DNA of 64,000 nt from an uncultured Verrucomicrobiota bacterium (lineage in GTDB: Bacteria; Verrucomicrobiota; Verrucomicrobiia; Limisphaerales; UBA1319): positions 429 to 64,428 of the forward strand of contig CAIMWS010000526.1 of NCBI GenBank assembly GCA_903845125.1, in the 5' to 3' direction. This document shows positions 55,422 to 64,000 of this stretch, one piece after another. The notes beneath the pieces were generated by a model. It saw only the letters and a program-made list of their open reading frames with translations, did no database searches and was not told the DNA's origin. Both the position numbers and the translations under genes were made by a program. Positions within the stretch are counted from its first letter, which is position 1; the number at the start of each line of letters is the position of its first letter.

Positions 55422-55660
55422 GCGTGGGCGCTGGAGGTTGGGTGGATCCCCCGGTCCCGGCCGGCGGGAGGCGGGTGCGCATCCCCGGGCCTTACTGAAC
55501 ATTTGGCCGGCGGCCCGGGAATCCCAAAAAAGGCCAACTGCCGGGTTGCCGAAAGGGGCGGGCTCCGCATAGGATGGCCACCGGTCCGGCGAAGCCGCCG
55601 AGGCCGGCCGCCAATCCCCGGACGGCCGCGGGGGCCGGGAGCAATTTAAGTGATGAATTT

Positions 55661-58600
55661 ATGACACAAAACAAGCGAATCTTATGGGCAGCCGCCCTCG
55701 GCGGCGCCTGCGTCAGCCTGTTGCTGGCCCGGCCGCTCGCGGCCGCCACCGAATGGCAGCCGGCCAAAGGGCCGCTTTCCACCCGGTGGACGCGGGACGT
55801 TAATCCGGAGCACGCGCACCCGGAGTATCCGCGCCCCCAGCTGGTGCGGAGCGCCTGGCAGAACCTCAATGGGCTGTGGGATTACGCCATCCGCCCGAAA
55901 GGGGAGGAGCGCCCGGGCCAATTCGACGGCCAGATCCTGGTTCCCTTTGCGGTGGAATCGGCCTTGTCCGGCGTGATGAAGCAGGTCGGGGAGACCAACC
56001 GGCTGTGGTACCGGCGTTCGTTCCACATCCCGGACACCTGGAGCCACCAAACCATCCTGCTGCATTTCGGCGCGGTGGATTGGGAGGCCACGGTATACGT
56101 CAACGGGAAGGCCCTGGGGGTGCACCGGGGGGGCTATGATGCCTTCAGCCTCGACATCACCAGCGCGCTCAAGCCGGCGGGCGACCAGGAATTGGTGGTG
56201 GCGGTTTTCGATCCCTCCGACGCCGGGAACCAGCCGCGCGGCAAACAGGTCCGGCGGCCCGGCGGCATCTTCTACACCCCCACCAGCGGCATCTGGCAGA
56301 CCGCCTGGCTGGAGCCGGTGCCCGCCACTTCCATCAGCGAGCTGAAAATGGTCCCGGACATCGACGCGGGCGTGCTTAAATTGACCGTGCAGACCCGGGG
56401 CGAGACCGCCGGGGTCACCTTCAAAGCCATGGTCCTGGAGGATCAGGAAGCGGTTTCCACGACCCAGTGGAAGACCGGGGAGACGGTTGCGCTGCCCGTG
56501 CCCAAAGCCAAACTGTGGTCGCCGGCCAGCCCTTACCTGTACCAGCTGAAGGTGAGCGTGCTGAAAGAGGGGCAGGCCACCGACGAGATCCGCTCCTATT
56601 TCGGCATGCGGAAGATTGCCTTGGGCAAGGATGACCAGGGCCGGCTTCGCTTGTTCCTGAACCACCAGGCCCTGTTCCAACTCGGGCCGCTGGACCAGGG
56701 ATTCTGGCCGGACGGGCTATACACCGCGCCCACGGACGAAGCGCTGCGCTACGACATCGAAATGACCCGGAAACTGGGCTTCAACATGGCGCGCAAGCAC
56801 GTGAAGGTTGAGCCGGACCGCTGGTATTACTGGTGCGACAAGCTGGGCCTCCTGGTCTGGCAGGACATGCCGAGCGCCAACCGCCGGGGCAACACCCAGG
56901 AGTCCGACCTGCAATTTGAAACCGAGCTGAAGCAGCTGATCGTGGGGCGCTTCAACCATCCGAGCATCGTCATGTGGGTGCCCTTCAACGAAGGCTGGGG
57001 ACAGTATGACACCGAGCGGATCACCGCCTGGGTCAAAAGCTTCGATCCCTCGCGCCTCGTCAACAACGCCAGCGGCTGGACCGACAAGGGCGTGGGCGAT
57101 GTCAACGACATCCACGCGTATCCGGGGCCGGGCGCGCCCAAGCCGGAGGCCAGCCGCGCGGGCGTGCTGGGCGAATTCGGCGGCCTGGGCCTGCCGGTGC
57201 CCGGGCACACCTGGCAGGCGGAGAAAAACTGGGGCTACCGCAGTTTCAACAACGCGGACACCCTGGGCGTGGCTTACCTGGGCCTCATCAAGAAATTGTG
57301 CCCGCTGATCGCCAACCAGGGGCTCGCCGCCGCCGTCTACACCCAGACCACCGACGTCGAGGTGGAAGTCAACGGCCTGATGACCTACGACCGCGCCCAG
57401 GTGAAAATGGACGCCGACGCCCTGACCATGGGCAACCTGAAGGTTTACGCCCCGCCCGCGGAGATGGGCCGCAGCGAGCCGGGCGCCGGATTGGGCACGC
57501 CGAAGGAACTGGCCGCCCAAGCCCGGGGCGGCCTGCAGACGCCCAGCCGCGAGCCCTTGCGCCCCAGCCCCCTGTTGAAGCTGCCCATCGGCAGCATCAC
57601 CCCCAAAGGCTGGCTGCGCCGGATGCTCGAGCTGGAGGCCGAAGGCATGACCGGCCAGCTCAAGGAGATCTCGCCCTGGGTGAAATTCGAGTCCAATGCC
57701 TGGTCCGACCCCGAAGGCAAAGGCCACAGCGGCTGGGAGGAGATGCCCTACTGGCTGAAAGGCTACGGCGACCTCGGCTATGTCCTGAAGGATGAATCCA
57801 TCATTCGCGAGGCCCGCCGCTGGATCGACGCCGCCCTGGCCGGCCAGATCGAGAGCGGCTGGTTCGGTCCGCGCGAGCTGCAGAAGTCGCTGGGGGGCAA
57901 GCCGGACATGTGGCCGCACATGGTCATGCTCAATGTGTTCCAATCCTTTTACGAGGCCACGGGCGACGCCCGGGTGATCCCGTTCATGACCCGCTATTTC
58001 CGCTGGCAGAACCAGCTGCCGCCCGAATATTTCGGCGCCGGTTACTGGCCCAAGATCCGCGCCGGCGACAATATCGAAAGCATCTATTGGCTCTATAACC
58101 GCACCGGGGACGCCTGGCTGCTGGACCTGGCCAAAAAAATCCACGAGCACATGGCGAACTGGGCTTCGGATGTGTGCGACTGGCACAACGTGAACATCGC
58201 GCAAGGGTTCCGCGAGCCGGGTGTTTATTTCCAGCAGGCCAATGACCTCCAGCTCCTGGCGGCCGCCGAGCGCAATTACCAGAAGGTCATGGGCCTGTAT
58301 GGCCAGTTCCCGGGCGGCGGTTTCGCGGGCGACGAGAACTGCCGCCCCGGCTACGACGATCCCCGCCAGGGCTTTGAAACCTGCGGCATCGTGGAGTTCA
58401 TGCACAGCTTCGAGATGCTGGGCCGGATCTCCGGCAACCCGGTCTGGGCGGACCGCTGCGAAGAGATCGCCTTCAACACCTTCCCGGCCTCGATGACGCC
58501 CGATCTCAAGGGCCTGCATTACCTCACCGGGGCGAACATGATCCAGCTCGACCGCAAGAACAAGGCGCCCGCCCTCCAGAATGGCGGCAACATGCTTTCC

Positions 58601-59887
58601 TACAGCCCCTTCCAGGCTTACCGCTGCTGCCAGCATAATGTGTCCCATGGCTGGCCCTATTACGCGGAGGAGCTTTGGCTGGGCACGTGGGACCAGGGCC
58701 TGTGCGCCTCCCTCTACGCGGCTTCGGAAGTGCGGGCCAGCGTGGCGGAGGGGGCGGTGGCCACCCTCGTGGAGGAGACGGATTACCCGTTCGGCGACAC
58801 CATCCGCTTCCACCTGGAGCTGACCAAGCCCGCCACCTTCCCGCTCTATTTCCGCATCCCCAAGTGGTGCGACACCCCGGCCCTGAAAGTCAACGGCAAA
58901 TTGGTGCCGGTCGCCCCCGATCCCCAGGCTTATGTGATGGTCAACCGCCGCTGGGCCGCGGGCGATGCCATCCAGCTTCAGCTGCCGATGCGGGTGGCCG
59001 TGCGGACCTGGAAGCAGAACCACAACGCGGTCTCGGTCGATTACGGCCCACTGACCTTTTCGCTTAAAATCGGTGAAAAATGGCGGCGCTGCGGCGGGGC
59101 CGACCGCTGGCCCGAGTGGGAGGTCTTCCCCACCACGCCCTGGAATTACGGGCTGGCGCTGAACCCCCGCAACCTCACCCAGAATATCGAGGTGGTGCGC
59201 CGGACCAACCAGTGGGACGGCCTTCCGTTCACCCCGGAGACCGCGCCCATCGAGCTGCGGGTCAAAGCCCGGAAAATCCCGGCCTGGCAGGCGGACCGGT
59301 TCGGTTTGGTCGGTTTGCTTCAGGACAGCCCGGTGCGTTCCACCGAGCCGGAGGAAACGGTCACCTTGATCCCCATGGGCGCCGCGCGCCTGCGCATTTC
59401 CTCCTTCCCGTTGATCGGCGCCGGGGCCGATGCCCGGGAATGGGTGGCCGCGCCGGCAACCCGGCCGCTGCCTTACCAGCCATCCGCCTCGCACGTCCAT
59501 GAGAATGACACTGAGGAGGCCCTGTGCGACGGCCGGGAACCGGCCCATTCCAATGACCAGTCCATCCCCCGGTTCACCTGGTGGAACCGGCTGGGGACGC
59601 GGGAATGGGTGCAATACGATTTCGAGCGCCCCCGCCAAGTGTCCAGCGTGTCGGTTTACTGGTTCGATGACCGCCCCGGTGGCGGCTGCCGGGTGCCGCG
59701 CTCCTGGCGGGTATTATACCGGGACGGGGAGCATTGGAAGCCCGTGGACGCCACCGGGTATGGCGTCCAGCGGGACGCCTACAATACCGTGGCGTTCCCC
59801 ACTGTGGAAACCCGGGCGCTGCGCCTGGATGTGCAGCTCCAGGACGGTTTCTCCGGCGGCATCCTGGAGTGGAAATTGAAGGAATAG
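55661..59887 (+). CDS. fusion protein: GH2 glycosidase + GH127/GH146-like (DUF1680, beta-L-arabinofuranosidase-type) + C-terminal discoidin-like domain
   Basis: Signal peptide at ATG 55661. GH2 elements: sugar-binding domain (RRSFHIP..ILLHFGAVDWEATVYVNG), TIM barrel (NMARKHVK, WQDMP, VPFNEGWGQ with N-E at 56987..56992). Pro/Gly linker at about 57450..57570. GH127 hallmarks: E-T-C at 58376..58384 and CCQHN at 58625..58639. C-terminal WVQYDF..VSVYWFDD. Confidence 0.85.
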   Translation: MTQNKRILWAAALGGACVSLLLARPLAAATEWQPAKGPLSTRWTRDVNPEHAHPEYPRPQLVRSAWQNLNGLWDYAIRPKGEERPGQFDGQILVPFAVESALSGVMKQVGETNRLWYRRSFHIPDTWSHQTILLHFGAVDWEATVYVNGKALGVHRGGYDAFSLDITSALKPAGDQELVVAVFDPSDAGNQPRGKQVRRPGGIFYTPTSGIWQTAWLEPVPATSISELKMVPDIDAGVLKLTVQTRGETAGVTFKAMVLEDQEAVSTTQWKTGETVALPVPKAKLWSPASPYLYQLKVSVLKEGQATDEIRSYFGMRKIALGKDDQGRLRLFLNHQALFQLGPLDQGFWPDGLYTAPTDEALRYDIEMTRKLGFNMARKHVKVEPDRWYYWCDKLGLLVWQDMPSANRRGNTQESDLQFETELKQLIVGRFNHPSIVMWVPFNEGWGQYDTERITAWVKSFDPSRLVNNASGWTDKGVGDVNDIHAYPGPGAPKPEASRAGVLGEFGGLGLPVPGHTWQAEKNWGYRSFNNADTLGVAYLGLIKKLCPLIANQGLAAAVYTQTTDVEVEVNGLMTYDRAQVKMDADALTMGNLKVYAPPAEMGRSEPGAGLGTPKELAAQARGGLQTPSREPLRPSPLLKLPIGSITPKGWLRRMLELEAEGMTGQLKEISPWVKFESNAWSDPEGKGHSGWEEMPYWLKGYGDLGYVLKDESIIREARRWIDAALAGQIESGWFGPRELQKSLGGKPDMWPHMVMLNVFQSFYEATGDARVIPFMTRYFRWQNQLPPEYFGAGYWPKIRAGDNIESIYWLYNRTGDAWLLDLAKKIHEHMANWASDVCDWHNVNIAQGFREPGVYFQQANDLQLLAAAERNYQKVMGLYGQFPGGGFAGDENCRPGYDDPRQGFETCGIVEFMHSFEMLGRISGNPVWADRCEEIAFNTFPASMTPDLKGLHYLTGANMIQLDRKNKAPALQNGGNMLSYSPFQAYRCCQHNVSHGWPYYAEELWLGTWDQGLCASLYAASEVRASVAEGAVATLVEETDYPFGDTIRFHLELTKPATFPLYFRIPKWCDTPALKVNGKLVPVAPDPQAYVMVNRRWAAGDAIQLQLPMRVAVRTWKQNHNAVSVDYGPLTFSLKIGEKWRRCGGADRWPEWEVFPTTPWNYGLALNPRNLTQNIEVVRRTNQWDGLPFTPETAPIELRVKARKIPAWQADRFGLVGLLQDSPVRSTEPEETVTLIPMGAARLRISSFPLIGAGADAREWVAAPATRPLPYQPSASHVHENDTEEALCDGREPAHSNDQSIPRFTWWNRLGTREWVQYDFERPRQVSSVSVYWFDDRPGGGCRVPRSWRVLYRDGEHWKPVDATGYGVQRDAYNTVAFPTVETRALRLDVQLQDGFSGGILEWKLKE

Positions 59888-59917
59888 CGCCCCCGGGGGA
59901 TCAGCCAGGAAACGACC

Positions 59918-61126
59918 ATGACCGCACAGTATGAAACGAATGTTCCGCTGGCCCAGGTGGCGGCGGAACTGAGCCGGGTATTTGCCCAGCGCTATGGCCG
60001 CCCGCCGCGCTGGATCGCCGCCGCCCCGGGGCGGGTCAACCTCATTGGGGAGCATACGGACTACAACGATGGCTTTGTGTTCCCGATGGCCATCGAGCGC
60101 TACACGGTGGTCGCCGCGGACCTGGCGGCCACGCCGGACCAGATATCCTGGCACTGCACGCGGCTGGACGCCACCGCGGCCATCGATTTGGCCGCGCCGA
60201 TCCAGCGGGGCGAGCCCAGGTGGGCGGACTATATCCGGGGCGTGCTGGTGGGCTTCCAGCGGCTGGGCTGCCGGCTGCCGGGCCTGGAGGTGGCCATGGC
60301 TTCCACCGTGCCGCTCGGCGGCGGGCTCTCCAGCAGCGCGGCCTTGGAAGTGGCCTCGGCCACCCTGCTGGAGGCCGTCACCGGCCGCCGGCTGGAGCCG
60401 GTGGCCAAGGCCCTGCTCTGCCAGCAGGCGGAGCATGAATACGCCGGCATGCCGTGTGGCATCATGGACCAGTTCATCTCCGTGATGGGCCAGCCCAACC
60501 ACCTCCTGCTGCTGGATTGCCGGTCGCGTACGACGGACCTGGTGCCGCTGACGAATCCGGAGCTGGCGGTCCTGATCGTGAACACCAACATCCGGCACGA
60601 GCTGACCGGGGGCGGGTATGCCCAGCGCCGCGCGCAGTGCGAGCAGGCCGCCCGCGGGCTGGGCCTCCCCAGCCTGCGGGAGGCTTCCCCGGCCAGGCTG
60701 GACGCCGCGCAAAGCACCCTCGACCCGGTCGTTTTCCGCCGGGCGCGCCATGTGGTCGGCGAAATCGAGCGGACCGTGCTGGCCGCCCAGGCGATCCGCC
60801 AGGCCGATTGGCCGCAACTGGGCCGCCTGATGTATGCCAGCCATGCCTCCCTGCGGGATGATTACGAGGTCAGCTGTCCGGAGCTGGATATCCTGGTGGA
60901 AATTGCCCAAACCATCGGCCAGGCCGGCGGGGTGGTGGGCAGCCGCATGACCGGCGGCGGATTCGGGGGGTGCACCGTGAGCCTGGTGCAGGCGGGCCGC
61001 CTGGCGGAGATCGCCGGCCGGATCCGGGCCGAATACCAGCGGCGCACGGGCCTTGAGCCGTCCTTGTTTGTGACGCGCCCCGCCAGCGGGGCGGTAATGG
61101 TCCAGGCGGGGCCGGCGGCAAAATGA
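59918..61126 (+). CDS. galK: galactokinase
   Basis: [22 protein letters not shown] signature and the GHMP motif [15 protein letters not shown]. Confidence 0.95.
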   Translation: MTAQYETNVPLAQVAAELSRVFAQRYGRPPRWIAAAPGRVNLIGEHTDYNDGFVFPMAIERYTVVAADLAATPDQISWHCTRLDATAAIDLAAPIQRGEPRWADYIRGVLVGFQRLGCRLPGLEVAMASTVPLGGGLSSSAALEVASATLLEAVTGRRLEPVAKALLCQQAEHEYAGMPCGIMDQFISVMGQPNHLLLLDCRSRTTDLVPLTNPELAVLIVNTNIRHELTGGGYAQRRAQCEQAARGLGLPSLREASPARLDAAQSTLDPVVFRRARHVVGEIERTVLAAQAIRQADWPQLGRLMYASHASLRDDYEVSCPELDILVEIAQTIGQAGGVVGSRMTGGGFGGCTVSLVQAGRLAEIAGRIRAEYQRRTGLEPSLFVTRPASGAVMVQAGPAAK

Positions 61127-62187
61127 CCTCTTCCCCTGTTTTGACCATGTTCAACGCGGAGCTTCATCCCCACCGGCGCTTCAATCCGCTGAATGGCGAG
61201 TGGATCCTGGTCTCCCCGCATCGTACCCAGCGCCCCTGGCAGGGCCAGCGGGAGGCGGGCGCCAGCGAGAACCGCCCCACCCACGATCCCGGCTGTTACC
61301 TCTGCCCGGGCAACCGCCGGGCCGGGGACCAGGTCAACCCGGCCTACACCGACACCTTCGTGTTCACCAATGACTTCGCGGCGCTGCTGCCGGATACCCC
61401 CGGGGCGGGCGCCGCGGACCCGGGCGGATTGCTGCAGTGCCAGCCCGTGCAAGGCACCAGCCGCGTGATCTGTTTCTCGCCGCGCCATGATCTCACCCTG
61501 CCGGAAATGCCCGTGGAACAGATCCGGAAAGTCATCCAGGTGTGGCTGGAGCAGACGGCGGACCTGGGCTCCCGTTACCAGTGGGTGCAGCTTTTTGAGA
61601 ACAAGGGCGGCGCCATGGGGTGCTCCAACGCCCACCCGCACGGCCAATTGTGGGCCGGCAACTGGCTGCCGGTATTGGTGGCCCGGGAGGATCTCTGCCA
61701 GCGCGAGTACGCGGCAAAGCAGGGCCGGCCGCTGCTGATCGACTACGCCCAACTGGAGCTGGATCAGGCCCACCGGCTGGTGGAGGCCAACGCCCACTGG
61801 GTCGCCGTGGTGCCCTACTGGGCCACCTGGCCGTTCGAGCTGCTCCTGCTGCCCCGCCGCCATATCCTGCGCCTGCCGGACCTGACCCTCGACGAACGCT
61901 CCGCCCTGGCGGAAATCCTCAAGGCCTGCCTGACCCGCTACGACAATCTGTTCGCGACCAGCTTTCCCTATTCGATGGGCTGGCACGGAGCCCCGTTTGC
62001 CTCCGGGGAGGCTGCCCACTGGCAGCTCCATGCCCATTTTTACCCGCCCCTCCTGCGGTCCGCCCAGGTCCGCAAATTCATGGTCGGCTATGAGATGCTG
62101 GCCGAAGGGCAGCGGGATCTCACGGCCGAGCAGGCCGCCCGCCGCCTGCGCGAACTATCCACCGTGCATTACCGCACCAACCCGTAA
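61123..62187 (+). CDS. galT: galactose-1-phosphate uridylyltransferase
   Basis: Zn-site CYLCPGN and active-site HPHGQLW. The ATG overlaps the galK stop (ATGA). Confidence 0.95.
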   Translation: MTSSPVLTMFNAELHPHRRFNPLNGEWILVSPHRTQRPWQGQREAGASENRPTHDPGCYLCPGNRRAGDQVNPAYTDTFVFTNDFAALLPDTPGAGAADPGGLLQCQPVQGTSRVICFSPRHDLTLPEMPVEQIRKVIQVWLEQTADLGSRYQWVQLFENKGGAMGCSNAHPHGQLWAGNWLPVLVAREDLCQREYAAKQGRPLLIDYAQLELDQAHRLVEANAHWVAVVPYWATWPFELLLLPRRHILRLPDLTLDERSALAEILKACLTRYDNLFATSFPYSMGWHGAPFASGEAAHWQLHAHFYPPLLRSAQVRKFMVGYEMLAEGQRDLTAEQAARRLRELSTVHYRTNP

Positions 62188-62198
62188 AGGATCCTCCC

Positions 62199-63323
62199 AT
62201 GATGTTCCCCTCCGCCTGCCTGGCCAGCCTCCTCGCCACCTTCGTGGCCGCCGCCACCGCCACCGCTACCGCCGCCGAACCCCAAGCCCACGCCGCCCCG
62301 GCGCGGACGGTCCTGGCGGCCAAACCAGATCCCGGCCGGCCGGTGCCGGAAACGACCCTGCGGGAAATTTACGAGGAGGTGAAAACGCCCTTCAAATACG
62401 GCATCGTCATCCCGGCTGAAGGCGATAAGAAGATGGATTGCCCCAGCGTTTTCCGCCACGGCTCCCAATGGTACATGGTTTACATCGTTTTCGATGGCAA
62501 CGGCTACGAAACCCTGCTGGCCGTGAGCGAGGATCTCCTCCGCTGGCAGCGGGTGGGCAAAATCCTCTCCCCTCATCCGGGCGCCTGGGACGCCAGCCAA
62601 TCGGCGGGGTATATCGCCTTGCAGGATACCACCTGGGGCGGGACCGGCGAATTGGCCCGGCACGATGGCAAATACTGGATGAGCTATATTGGCGGCGCCC
62701 TGAAAGGCTATGAAACCGATCCCCTGGCGATCGGCATGGCCTGGACCCTCGATCCCGTCCAGCCAGCCGAGTGGACCCGGCTGCCCGGGCCGGTGCTCAC
62801 CCGGGACCAGCCGGATGTGCGCCCTTTTGAGGCGCTCACGCAGTATAAGAGCCAGGTGATCCACGATCCCGAGGCCTCCCTCGGCTGGCCTTTTATCATG
62901 TATTACAACGGCAAGCCCAGCTCCGGCTATGAGCGGATCGGCATGGCGGTCTCCCGCGATATGCGGACCTGGCTGCGCTATGGGCAGGAGCCGGTGATCG
63001 ACAACGGCAAGGGCATTTCCGGGGATCCCCAGGTCACCCGGATCAACGGGGTATGGGTGATGTTTTATTTCGGCGCCTTTTGGAAGCCGAAGGCTTTCGA
63101 TACCTTCGCGGCCTCCCACGACCTTGTGCATTGGACCAAATGGACCGGGCCGGATCTCGTGGCGCCCAGCGAGCCTTGGGACGATACCTTCGCCCACAAA
63201 CCGTGGCTCATCAAACACCACGGCGTGGTTTACCACTTCTATTGCGCGGTGGGGAACCAGGGCCGGGTGATTGCCCTGGCCACCTCCAAAGACCTGCGCG
63301 CGCAGCCGGCGGGCGGACGCTGA
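62199..63323 (+). CDS. secreted five-bladed beta-propeller glycoside hydrolase-like protein (GH43/GH130/GH32 clan-like)
   Basis: Signal peptide. Repeated blade motifs: CPSVFRHGSQWYMVYIVFD, DGKYWMSYIGG, WPFIMYYNG, GDPQVTRINGVWVMFYFG, HKPWLIKHHGVVYHFYCAVG. Confidence 0.65.
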   Translation: MMFPSACLASLLATFVAAATATATAAEPQAHAAPARTVLAAKPDPGRPVPETTLREIYEEVKTPFKYGIVIPAEGDKKMDCPSVFRHGSQWYMVYIVFDGNGYETLLAVSEDLLRWQRVGKILSPHPGAWDASQSAGYIALQDTTWGGTGELARHDGKYWMSYIGGALKGYETDPLAIGMAWTLDPVQPAEWTRLPGPVLTRDQPDVRPFEALTQYKSQVIHDPEASLGWPFIMYYNGKPSSGYERIGMAVSRDMRTWLRYGQEPVIDNGKGISGDPQVTRINGVWVMFYFGAFWKPKAFDTFAASHDLVHWTKWTGPDLVAPSEPWDDTFAHKPWLIKHHGVVYHFYCAVGNQGRVIALATSKDLRAQPAGGR

Positions 63324-64000
63324 GCGGGGCGCTGGCCGGCACGGCCGGGGGGCTTTCCAGGGCCTTCGTGGGGCGCAGTGTGCGAAACCCTGGGTGGAAG
63401 ATCGCGGGGGGATTCGGCTCTTTTGGCATTCGAAAAACCCGCGGAGCAATCACTCCCCTCCCCCCTTCCCAAGGAACCGTCAATTTCCTTTCCCCCTCCG
63501 GCAGGGCAGCATTTGTGCGCTGCGCACTTACTGAATCTGGGTAGCCCTTCACAGGATCCATTATAGGGCCAGGCAGTTTACTCATGTTGATTGTCGCGCG
63601 ATGCTCAACATAGACTTGGGTCCGGTATTGGAGCTGGAGATTATTGGAGGCAAGTCGATGACTACGGCTGATGCAATCGCTCCCATAGTACAAGAGCCAA
63701 CTGCATAGCTCTATGCCATTATTGTACCAGGTTTCCTCCTCCCACTACCGTTTTTCTTCCCGGGGGGGTTTACCTGAAAAATGAATCAATCGAATTTCGG
63801 CCTTGTCTTCAGAGGTGATATATATAATAGTAGAGCGCGATTAGCCGACCGAGAGCCTTGGCGAGACTCCCCGATCGGGCATTTCATTGGCTTCTTCTTT
63901 GGAGAAAAGGCGGTGTTGCTATATGATGCAGATGCTTGGTGCTGGGGTTAAGGTAGGTTCCACGGCGTCCAAAGCCTGGCGGTTTTGGACAGCCGGAGCC

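Noticed and set aside
56717-59638. 973-aa ORF on the minus strand antisense to the GH2::GH127-like gene. Similar long antisense ORFs occur at 7849..9072, 14755..16077, 17197..18744, 20629..21906, 23940..25112, 35345..36685, 41715..43883, 43484..45022, 45410..46645, 48489..49496, 51739..53067, 59714..60910, 60862..62037 and 62169..63449.
   Set aside because: All mirror a motif-supported gene on the opposite strand. Their products are Arg/Gly/Pro/Ala/His-rich low-complexity strings with no recognisable motif. Stop-free antisense frames are expected with strong GC3 bias.
63211-63693. 160-aa minus-strand ORF in the right flank, and the 56-aa plus-strand ORF at 63781..63951.
   Set aside because: The first overlaps the 3-prime end of the GH gene antisense and is Pro/Arg-rich. 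The second has no RBS, motif or paralog support. Neither can be defended as a gene.
1-64000. Looked for CRISPR arrays, tRNA/rRNA genes, IS elements or transposases, integrases, phage genes, toxin-antitoxin pairs and known defence-system signatures.
   Set aside because: None was recognisable by eye. The only repeats seen are the short intergenic direct repeats and the intragenic duplications reported above. A covariance-model scan (tRNAscan, Infernal) would be needed to exclude small ncRNAs.

Overview
High-G+C, strongly GC3-biased bacterial chromosomal segment. By inference only, the gene content looks like the PVC superphylum (Verrucomicrobiota/Planctomycetota-like): many secreted multidomain proteins, an HzsA-like heme protein, and DUF-type glycoside hydrolases. 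I support about 40 protein genes. By eye I found no rRNA, tRNA, CRISPR array, transposase, integrase or recognisable defence gene. Left to right the window contains: (1) a lower-GC flank with two paralogous ~65-aa hydrophobic peptides; (2) a tandem kinase-like protein, a nucleoside hydrolase and two tandem gmd genes; (3) an SRPBCC-VOC fusion and an HzsA-like CxxCH beta-propeller protein; (4) a REC-HDOD-TM-GspB-like regulator; (5) secreted enzyme-like proteins, an FmdB zinc ribbon, and a divergent pair of Ig-domain proteins (Trx/beta-propeller and PKD/FGE); (6) a T2SS-F/PilC-like gene with a sigma54 response regulator, then a methyltransferase, an ankyrin lipoprotein and an AraC regulator; (7) a tightly packed five-gene minus-strand isoprenoid operon; (8) sugar isomerase and oxidoreductase genes and guaA; (9) two translationally coupled sensor kinases; (10) a 1184-aa surface protein; (11) a glycan-utilisation block (GH172, a GH2::GH127-like fusion, galK, galT, a beta-propeller GH). 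The best candidate for an undescribed system is the isoprenoid operon at 27566..34092, encoding ferredoxin, radical SAM, a DUF116-like::polyprenyl synthase fusion, a prenyltransferase-repeat protein and a DxDD class II cyclase. It has no squalene or phytoene synthase partner in the window. Most long ORFs lying antisense to these genes are GC-driven shadow ORFs and were rejected.
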